The notes beneath the pieces are model-generated. The model was not told the DNA's origin, searched no databases, and saw only the letters and a program-made list of their open reading frames with translations. The position numbers and the translations under genes were made by a program. This document shows, one piece after another, positions 56,564 to 64,000 of a DNA stretch of 64,000 bases. Source of the stretch: a virus (taxonomy: Duplodnaviria > Caudoviricetes); the IMG/VR virus record IMGVR_UViG_3300020177_000966, one strand, 5' to 3'. Positions within the stretch are counted from its first letter, which is position 1. The number at the start of each line of letters is the position of its first letter.

Positions 56564-59500
56564 TTATCCGTTAAAGTCGTCTCGATCAATTCGAGCTCCT
56601 AGAAACATCGTTAAGGCTTGCAACCCGCCGCCTAATGGACCGTTAATAATCATTTGTGGCGCTACTGTTGCCATAGCTTCTGGATTATTTGATCCTGCTG
56701 TGTTGGACCATGTTCTATCTTCAAACTTTAACTGACCTGCTACAAGTGTGTTAGTAAACAAGTTAGATCCACCACCGTTAAATCTATTTTCGATATACGA
56801 TGTTAATGCTCGTTGTGTTGGAATAATATTATCCGAGTTCGCAACAAACGTATTATCTGTACTAAATTCTCTAATTACAGCCTGTGTTCCACCAACTCTA
56901 ATTCCGCCTAGTCTTAGTTCATCTAAACCTTCTAAGTCAAAGAAGTCAGCATTTAGTGTAACGCCGCCCTGTGCCTGTGAAACTCTAAACAATTCACCAA
57001 CTCTATAGTTACCATCTTGGTCACTACTAGTATAAAATACTCGTCCACCGTTTGACTCAACAACTTCGTTTGATTGTACTGTGTCATTTGCGGCTGTTTG
57101 TCCTTGCACGTAAAGCGAAGGATAATTAGTATCTGCAAAGTTACCTGTACCGATGTCTAAGAAATCGTGTCCTGTTAGACGTACTTGTGAATATCTTTCA
57201 CGAATGGTTGCTACAGTATTATGTACTGGTGCTGTTGATCTAGATAATACTGGACTAATTTGGAACGTAATTTGTTTGTTAGGAGCAACACCAGATTCTG
57301 ATGTTACTTTTACTAGTCTATAAACTATTGGATTACCTGCAAATCTTACGTTTGCTCCTGGTCCAGGAGTTACGCCTACACCACTAACAATCATTGTGTT
57401 ACCGATTTGTAATTCTTCACCAAAACCGTCACCTGTAATTGTAACAATAGCACTTTGATATCCTGTTCCTCTATTGTAGAATGCAGGTTGTGGAAGTACT
57501 CCGTCGTTAATATCAACAGTAAAATATGGTTCACTATATTCTTCAGGATCTTCAATTGTTACTGTTGGTGCAGTTACATAGCCTGAACCTGGATCGTAAA
57601 TTTTAATTAGGCTTAATTTTCCGTTTGCAACTTCTGCACGAGCAAATGCTGTTCTACCGCCTGTGTAAACGTTTCCTGTTCCTATTGTTTCACTAATAGC
57701 AACGAATGTAGGCAAACTATTTCTTACGCCGCCTGCGACACTTGTCATTGCACCGTTTGCAGTTCTAATAGTCCAATTTTGAGCATCTTCAGAACTAGCA
57801 GTTGTACCTGTATCGCTTAATGCTAAAAATACACCATTTGAGTATCCTACAGTCCAATCTTCTCTTCCTGAGTCGCCAACAATTTGTGCATCATTCCAAA
57901 CAGTTCCAGTATCACTATGAATAACTCTATCCGAATTGTCCATAGTTGCAACCCAACAATTGTTACCATATACTAAACCGCTATATAGTTCAATACCGTC
58001 TGTTGATACGGCTGCACCTGTTGTCCAGTTTGCACCGTTATCTGTTGATATTACAGTTGAACCATCTTGTGCTAGTGCAATCCATTTACCTGCTCCATAT
58101 GCTAAACCTACCCAAGTAGTATTACTTGCGCCAGTTACGTTGGTAGACCATCCTGCGCCAGGAACAGTAGTTGATCCTGCATCTTGTACAATAGAATTTA
58201 CATATGCATTACCGTCACCTGTAGCAATACAAATAATTGTATCATTATCTGGACCGCCGACTGCTACTTTTTTCCAAGTTGTTGCAGAAGGTAGTGTCGA
58301 ATGATCAAAGTTAATTCCATCATTTGAAAATACTAATTTATCTGATGCATCTGCTAAGCCTAATAGTAAAGGCCCTGATTTTGAAAAAGAAGTATAACTT
58401 AAATTATATGCTGGAATCGACCTTTGAGTCCAAACTGATGCATCTGATGAAACATACCAATCATCGCCACCTGTTGGAGCATAATACCATAAACCTAATT
58501 CTTCACTGTAACCGATATCGTGTCCGCCTGTTTGTATACTATTGTTAGTTTTATTAAATGTAGGAGAACTAATAGTTACTCTTGGTTCATATTCATATTT
58601 TGTAGTTGCAGTAAACGAGGTTACATTAATTTTTCCAGGAACAATATTATCCCATCCTGGAGTTCCAGTACTTTCTTTAAACACTGTTGCTACTTTTGTA
58701 TCTGGGTTGTAACCGTCAATATATCCATATTGACCTGCACCTGGACCGTCAGTTAATAAAATTCTCATTCCTACTAGCTGTGCCGCTGTTCTAACTTCTG
58801 ATGCCGCTAAAGTAATACTACTTAAATCTCCACCTTGAGAGTTATTAGTAAAAGTTTTAAATCCAGCGCCACCAACAGTTGTACTATCATCTGGAATAGC
58901 TAAATCAATTCTAGACACTGCACTAACTCTAATTTCGTCATATTTCATATTAAGGTCAGTACCGGTTGCCTGTGTTGTACTTGCTACTGCACCTGTATAT
59001 GATTGTCCAGTGTTTTTATAAGCTAGTGCTAAAATGTTTGATCCGTTTGTGAATACTTCATCGACACTTGCTTCACCGTTTTGGTTATTTACAGAAACAG
59101 TCTGTGGTGTTTCATTATTATCAAATCCTTCAGCAACACTACCAAATGTACCGTATGAATTGTTACCATTAGTTGCACGTAAAATTCCGCCATTTTCTGA
59201 CAAATATCCAATATGTGCATAATATGTAAACACACTAACTAGTTCTGAACGACCTAGATTAGTTGCCCAATATCCAATGCCATCACTTAGTACTTGCGTA
59301 AAGTCGTTAGCAACAATTGATTTGTTTCCGCCATTATGTAATGAACCATCAACTTTTAATCCGACACATCCTGTTCCAATAGCAGTAACACCTTGTATGT
59401 AGGTTGATTTATTTGTTACCCACACACTCGAATCATCTGGACCTGTGCCCGGATCTAGCGATACATATGCGCCAGCAGTCGGACGACTTGTTCCAAAATC

Positions 59501-61492
59501 GTTTGGACCAATTATAACTCCTTCTAATCCTTTTAATGTAAGAGTTCTAATTCCGCAACCGTTTCTAACATAAAACATGTTGTTTCTAATATTACTGTCA
59601 GGAATAGTTAATTGTTCTTGTGTTCCGTCTGCTAATTTCTCATCTAACACAACATCCTGAGGTGTGGCTGCTCTAATTGTTGTTGTTCTTAATTCTGAAC
59701 CAACTAGTGCAACTTTAGATGGAATACTAATAGGTAGAACTTCTGCAAATTCGCCAGCCATTACTTTTACTGTGGCGCCATCGCCTACTCTGTTTGTTTC
59801 GTCTTCAAGCAACCAATTCATTGCAAATCTAACAGTTCTAAAAGGAGCGTTGAGTGTTCCGCCTTGTTGACGATCATCAACTCCGTTACGAGAAACATAA
59901 TATAATTTTTCTTGTAAATCTAAACTATCCCATGCAGGCAATCCATTTGTAGATCTTAATGCTTGACCAGTTGTTCCAATTGCTAATCTCTGTGTATCAA
60001 TTGCTGTTGAATCTTGGTCTTCAAATGTTTTTAAGTCGCCTCTTCTAGCTAACTTATTAGTTTGTGTTCCAAGAATCATTATTTTCCAATAATTTTGATC
60101 TGGTTGATTAATATCTAAATCGGGTCTAGAAGCTGACTCAGTTGATCGATGGTATCCTAACGCAATGTATGATGTACCTTGCCATGTAACAATATCGCCT
60201 TGAAAATATTCTGTATCATCTTCCCAAGTGTCTCTAAACTGTCTGCCTTCGTAAATCTTTTCCCAATGTGTAGGATATAAATCAGGTTGTAAATTTGTAT
60301 TGTCTTGGATAGCAATGTAAAGACTTCCCGACAATCTTACAACATCACCTGTTTTATAATCAACTAATGCACTATCGTCAACGGCACCTGGATTGTTCCA
60401 ATCGTATCTAAATTTATAACCTTCAAAAGTTAAGTTCCAGTCTAACGGACTTAAACTCGGTATTGAATCTGTATTAAATGATACTGCTTTATAAATGTAA
60501 CCACCATATAGTACAGTATCACCAGGTTGATAGTAAACGTTTTGTGCCCATACCTTTTCGTATTCTGAACCAGGTAAAAATGTAGCCCAATACGAAGAAC
60601 CATAATCAATATTAAATGCGTTTGATCCTTCACCTGATGTATGTCCAACTAGACATCTCATCAAATTTCCGCCTCGTCTTACAATATCATTCTTTTTATA
60701 TCTATAATCTTGTTGCCACAATCCTGTAATAGTTTCAACATCGTCATCATCTGTAACTGTTGCTGTAACATATTCAATTCCGTCGATTGCAATTTCCCAT
60801 TTTGATTGATCTTCTTCAAGACCAAATACAGCATTATCTGCTGAAGTATGTCCAACGATACACTTGTAAACAATACCACCGTACTTAACAATATCGTTAA
60901 CACGATAGCGTGTACCAATTGACCAATTTGCTCTCCAGGTATCACTATCTGCTAGGATTGCCCAATCTAATTGATTTGCTTCCAATCCCAATGTTGATGT
61001 TGCCGCAGAAACGTGCTGATTAACTGCCTTATAAACTTTACCATTATAACGTACAAGATCGTTTGTTCTATAAAGTGTATTTGGCGTCCAGTTATATTTC
61101 CAATCAGCTGATGAAACAGCAACTAATTTCCATTTACCAATATCAGCAACTAGACCGTCTGTACCCGAAATAAACGTAGCGGCAGATGTATGTTCTTCTG
61201 TACATTCGTAAATACTAGCACCGTATTTTACAATATTACCAATAGCATAGATTGTGCTAACAGCCCAATCTCCAGTCCAAACTTTACCTTCGGACTGTTT
61301 TTTCCATTTTGGTTTTGCTGGTGTAAGGTCTGTACCTGCTAAGTCGTTATAAAACGTTGCAGATGTATGAGTTCTCAATGCAACATATGTTGCACCTTTA
61401 TATGAAATCATATCGTCAGCAATGTAATCAACCCCTCCGGTCCATTCACCCTTCCAGTTAAATCTAATTCTACTAAGTTTAAATTCTGCCAT
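56564..61492 (-). CDS. Large virion structural/fibre protein (1642 aa), paralogue of 51674-56527
   Basis: MAEFKLSRIRF start, eight repeats, YYVSRNG...PFRTVRFA, SLDPGTGPDD, YSQVRLTGHDFLDIGTGN; TAAATA at 61510-61515. Confidence 0.75.
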   Translation of the reverse strand: MAEFKLSRIRFNWKGEWTGGVDYIADDMISYKGATYVALRTHTSATFYNDLAGTDLTPAKPKWKKQSEGKVWTGDWAVSTIYAIGNIVKYGASIYECTEEHTSAATFISGTDGLVADIGKWKLVAVSSADWKYNWTPNTLYRTNDLVRYNGKVYKAVNQHVSAATSTLGLEANQLDWAILADSDTWRANWSIGTRYRVNDIVKYGGIVYKCIVGHTSADNAVFGLEEDQSKWEIAIDGIEYVTATVTDDDDVETITGLWQQDYRYKKNDIVRRGGNLMRCLVGHTSGEGSNAFNIDYGSSYWATFLPGSEYEKVWAQNVYYQPGDTVLYGGYIYKAVSFNTDSIPSLSPLDWNLTFEGYKFRYDWNNPGAVDDSALVDYKTGDVVRLSGSLYIAIQDNTNLQPDLYPTHWEKIYEGRQFRDTWEDDTEYFQGDIVTWQGTSYIALGYHRSTESASRPDLDINQPDQNYWKIMILGTQTNKLARRGDLKTFEDQDSTAIDTQRLAIGTTGQALRSTNGLPAWDSLDLQEKLYYVSRNGVDDRQQGGTLNAPFRTVRFAMNWLLEDETNRVGDGATVKVMAGEFAEVLPISIPSKVALVGSELRTTTIRAATPQDVVLDEKLADGTQEQLTIPDSNIRNNMFYVRNGCGIRTLTLKGLEGVIIGPNDFGTSRPTAGAYVSLDPGTGPDDSSVWVTNKSTYIQGVTAIGTGCVGLKVDGSLHNGGNKSIVANDFTQVLSDGIGYWATNLGRSELVSVFTYYAHIGYLSENGGILRATNGNNSYGTFGSVAEGFDNNETPQTVSVNNQNGEASVDEVFTNGSNILALAYKNTGQSYTGAVASTTQATGTDLNMKYDEIRVSAVSRIDLAIPDDSTTVGGAGFKTFTNNSQGGDLSSITLAASEVRTAAQLVGMRILLTDGPGAGQYGYIDGYNPDTKVATVFKESTGTPGWDNIVPGKINVTSFTATTKYEYEPRVTISSPTFNKTNNSIQTGGHDIGYSEELGLWYYAPTGGDDWYVSSDASVWTQRSIPAYNLSYTSFSKSGPLLLGLADASDKLVFSNDGINFDHSTLPSATTWKKVAVGGPDNDTIICIATGDGNAYVNSIVQDAGSTTVPGAGWSTNVTGASNTTWVGLAYGAGKWIALAQDGSTVISTDNGANWTTGAAVSTDGIELYSGLVYGNNCWVATMDNSDRVIHSDTGTVWNDAQIVGDSGREDWTVGYSNGVFLALSDTGTTASSEDAQNWTIRTANGAMTSVAGGVRNSLPTFVAISETIGTGNVYTGGRTAFARAEVANGKLSLIKIYDPGSGYVTAPTVTIEDPEEYSEPYFTVDINDGVLPQPAFYNRGTGYQSAIVTITGDGFGEELQIGNTMIVSGVGVTPGPGANVRFAGNPIVYRLVKVTSESGVAPNKQITFQISPVLSRSTAPVHNTVATIRERYSQVRLTGHDFLDIGTGNFADTNYPSLYVQGQTAANDTVQSNEVVESNGGRVFYTSSDQDGNYRVGELFRVSQAQGGVTLNADFFDLEGLDELRLGGIRVGGTQAVIREFSTDNTFVANSDNIIPTQRALTSYIENRFNGGGSNLFTNTLVAGQLKFEDRTWSNTAGSNNPEAMATVAPQMIINGPLGGGLQALTMFLGARIDRDDFNG
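60085..61456 (-). repeat. Eight Trp-rich CBM5/12-like repeats (approximate bounds)
   Basis: For example WRANWSIGTRYRVNDIVKYGGIVYKCIVGHTS and WKYNWTPNTLYRTNDLVRYNGKVYKAVNQH. Confidence 0.85.
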
Positions 61493-61515
61493 TTTCTCTA
61501 CCTTTTACGTATTTA

Positions 61516-61878
61516 TTATACTCCAGTTGGGTATTCATAACCTTCGTTAATTCTAGCTACAAGATTACCACTTTCGTCAATGTAGTAATTAATGTTTCTA
61601 TTATCCCATCTAAATTGCTCATAATTTAGATTAGCATAAAGTCTTTCATGGTTAACATTTCTTCCTTCAAAGAAATCTTCGCCTTGTACAAAGTCTTCAT
61701 AATTATGAGTCGGATCACCTTCTGCGTTTATTTGAACACTATCGTTGCTTTTAAGTTGATCAATTTTTACAACATATAATTCACCGTCATCTGTTCTGCG
61801 AAGACCATAAAAATATCTTGCATCTGTTTGATTTACCATTTCGCCAATGCTTTGGCCCATAAAGTTTCCGTCACTCAT
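61516..61878 (-). CDS. Hypothetical protein (structural gene string)
   Basis: 120 aa; FYGLRRTDDGELY, YEQFRWD, YYIDESGNLVARIN. Confidence 0.65.
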   Translation of the reverse strand: MSDGNFMGQSIGEMVNQTDARYFYGLRRTDDGELYVVKIDQLKSNDSVQINAEGDPTHNYEDFVQGEDFFEGRNVNHERLYANLNYEQFRWDNRNINYYIDESGNLVARINEGYEYPTGV

Positions 61879-62207
61879 TATACAATCTCCACTATACTTA
61901 AAATTACATCAATTGATGCTGTTGAATCTGATGTTACATATAATACATTATTAGCATCAAGAATAATTTTTTCACCTTTTCCAATTGGTTTTAAACTAGA
62001 TCCTGGAGGAATAGGCATGTTTTTAACCATTACTCCAATTGAACTTGCTTCGTCTCCAATTTCAATTGTACAGTTTACCATACTCTCTGTAAGATTAGCT
62101 AGGTTCATACCAATTACTGTTGTACTTGTAGCGGGCGGAACTGTATATACTGCGACTCGCTGTGTACCTATATCTTTTCCAATTACGTTTTTAAAATTAG
62201 TTGCCAT
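61878..62207 (-). CDS. Small virion structural protein
   Basis: YTVPPATSTTVIGMNLAN...IPPGSSL...KIIL; similar to 51315-51641. Confidence 0.6.
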   Translation of the reverse strand: MATNFKNVIGKDIGTQRVAVYTVPPATSTTVIGMNLANLTESMVNCTIEIGDEASSIGVMVKNMPIPPGSSLKPIGKGEKIILDANNVLYVTSDSTASIDVILSIVEIV

Positions 62208-62217
62208 TATTCTTTTC

Positions 62218-63999
62218 CTATATTGTCAATGCAAGTTTAATTGCAATCTCCTCTGCATCATTAAATGTAACAGCACCTGTTGCACCTGCTACTGACACCC
62301 AGTTATTCGAAATATCATAAATTTCAACTCTGTCTTCAACACTGTTGTACCTCATCATACCTGTTTCTGGTGTTGGGTGTCTATTAGCGTTATTACCAAC
62401 TGGAATAACAAATCCGCCTGTGCCTTCAACTTTAAAATATCCCGAACCGTTTTGTTTAAGTGTAGTAACAGCACCATCTATAGTATTAGTTATCTGATTT
62501 CCGTTGAAACTAAAGTTCTCTATGGTTACTAATCCAGTTCCGTTTGCTCTTAAATTTAGATCAGCATTTGTAGTAATTGTTTCTAAAATATTTCCAGAAA
62601 TTGCAATATCATCTACTTCTAATCGTTGTACATCAAAGCGTTCAGTAGTTACATCTGCTACTATACTTCCGTTAGCATAAAAACGTATAGTATCGTCGTT
62701 TGCGCCCGGTGTTAATTCAGCAGTAATATATGTCTGTCTATCATCTGAGTAAACGCCGCCTAAGTTAATCCAGCCTCCGTCGTATGCTTCAAATACATTT
62801 GCGTCAGTATTATAACGAATCATACCTGTTACAGGAGATAATGGACGTTCTGCTGTAGTACCTTTTGGTAGTACCAGTGCTCCAGTGCTAGTAATTTTTA
62901 CTGATTCACTACTTGGATCTAAAATAATATCACCACTTAAATTTGATATAGCATTACCGTTTAATTGAAGTTGGTCAATTATAACACTACCCGCTCCATT
63001 AGGAATAATATTAATATTACCATTACTACCAGTAGAACTAATTGTATCGTTGTCAATTGTAATATCGTCAATAATTGCTTTTCCAACGTGTGCTTCTGAC
63101 CATGCAAGACCGTTATTACCTAATTTATAAGTAACATCGGCTGCCGGAATAATATCACTGTCAATTTGTGCATTAATATTAATTACATCAGTATTTTCGT
63201 CGCCAAGTGTAATATTTCCACCAATAGTAATATTTCCTGCAACATCTAAGTTACCAGTAATATTAACATTATCAATTAAATTAATTTCACCAGTTGTAGT
63301 ATTAATATTAACATCACCACTAGTACTGTAAATAGTGTTTCCTGTAATTCTTATATTACCAGTTTCAATTTTTGTACCATCAATAATAGTTGTGTTAACG
63401 CCGTCAGTGAAAGTAATACCTTGGTTGTTGTTAAATAAGAATTCTGCATTAGTAAATGATACTTCGCCAGTTTGTTGATTAATTCTAAATAAGTCACCAA
63501 CTCTAAAATCACCTTTGTGATCAACTGTACTAAAGTAAATTTTTGCATCATTAAGTGCAACTACTTCGTTATCCTGTATAACTTCTGTTGGATCATTAGT
63601 AACTTCTTTACCTGATCCTATATATGCTAAATTTTGACCAATGGCATATACTATACTACCTGGACCATCACCATATATTCCATAGTTGCCGTAAATACAT
63701 GCACTAGAAATAGATCTTAGTTCGCCACCAAAATCGCTTTGATCAATTAATGTTAATGCTGTTGCTGTGCCACCGCCACTAAATTCAATAGTTTGAATGA
63801 AAGTGTCGTCGTCTGTAATAATTTGTGATCCGTTATTACTATCAAAGTTTAACTTTAATACTGTATATTGATCAACTACAGTTGCCGCCGTTGGCGCTGG
63901 AAAGTTTGCATTTTCTCCTATGCCTTTTCTTATACGGAAGTCGTCTATACGTCCAGCATGTCCAGTTAATCCATCATATGCGTTACCAATTATTAATGG
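62218..63999 (-). CDS. Partial large fibre/structural protein (5' end outside the window)
   Basis: Hand translation shows no stop from 63999 to 62218; the ORF track reports only the part after the first Met (62823). Contains a LamG-like GRIDDFRIRKG, then YFSTVDHKGDFRVGDLF, and two P.G....RP...GMIRYN fibre motifs. Confidence 0.85.
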   Translation of the reverse strand, partial: PLIIGNAYDGLTGHAGRIDDFRIRKGIGENANFPAPTAATVVDQYTVLKLNFDSNNGSQIITDDDTFIQTIEFSGGGTATALTLIDQSDFGGELRSISSACIYGNYGIYGDGPGSIVYAIGQNLAYIGSGKEVTNDPTEVIQDNEVVALNDAKIYFSTVDHKGDFRVGDLFRINQQTGEVSFTNAEFLFNNNQGITFTDGVNTTIIDGTKIETGNIRITGNTIYSTSGDVNINTTTGEINLIDNVNITGNLDVAGNITIGGNITLGDENTDVININAQIDSDIIPAADVTYKLGNNGLAWSEAHVGKAIIDDITIDNDTISSTGSNGNINIIPNGAGSVIIDQLQLNGNAISNLSGDIILDPSSESVKITSTGALVLPKGTTAERPLSPVTGMIRYNTDANVFEAYDGGWINLGGVYSDDRQTYITAELTPGANDDTIRFYANGSIVADVTTERFDVQRLEVDDIAISGNILETITTNADLNLRANGTGLVTIENFSFNGNQITNTIDGAVTTLKQNGSGYFKVEGTGGFVIPVGNNANRHPTPETGMMRYNSVEDRVEIYDISNNWVSVAGATGAVTFNDAEEIAIKLALTI

Positions 64000-64000
64000 T

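Noticed and set aside
880-63560. Numerous short ORFs in the track on the opposite strand or in shifted frames (e.g. 880-1377 +, 6105-6380 +, 9064-9477 +, 33878-34273 +, 50983-51516 +, 63351-63560 -)
   Set aside because: They lie wholly within well-supported genes, lack RBS or promoter context and recognisable motifs, and have the composition of antisense shadows.
1-64000. Alternative genetic code (stop-codon reassignment, as in some large phages)
   Set aside because: Long genes are intact under the standard code, and TAA, TGA (e.g. 133) and TAG (e.g. 40654, 45687) all terminate genes at sensible junctions.
1-64000. CRISPR array, tRNA, rRNA, intron or intein
   Set aside because: No regularly spaced DNA repeats were found. 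Intergenic gaps are short and explained by promoters or terminators. UvsX and the terminase are normal in length with no intein-like insertion.

Overview
This 64-kb window is part of the genome of a large, AT-rich, T4-like (contractile-tailed) dsDNA phage. No host chromosomal genes, rRNA, tRNA or CRISPR array were seen. In order it contains: (1) 1-3.8 kb, a glycosyltransferase/FkbM-methyltransferase cassette at the end of a gp32-uvsX-uvsY operon driven by a sigma70-type promoter; (2) 6.7-23.2 kb, packaging, neck and tail genes (large and probable small terminase, gp4, tail tube, tail sheath, gp13/14/15-like) plus dNMP kinase; (3) two translationally coupled enzyme operons that bracket a block of virion structural genes, namely + strand 23.3-29.2 kb (NUDIX, two flavin-dependent halogenases, hldE, hldD, cupin) and - strand 37.7-47.4 kb (GT9-like transferase, five 2OG-Fe(II)-type oxygenases, O-carbamoyltransferase, a third halogenase, an SGNH-like protein, gmhB); (4) 47.5-64 kb, tail fibre/adhesin genes, including three tandem ~10% Cys, Gly-rich paralogues and two ~1630-aa paralogues with eight Trp-rich repeats each. 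A T4-type late promoter core (TAAATA) precedes about 17 transcription units, and in five cases lies exactly 5 nt before an ATG with no Shine-Dalgarno, which suggests leaderless late mRNAs. The leading hypothesis for an undescribed system is a late-expressed 'virion tailoring' pathway (heptosylation, halogenation, hydroxylation, carbamoylation) acting on Cys/Trp-rich receptor-binding proteins or their glycans. All product calls come from motif recognition by eye; no database search was run.
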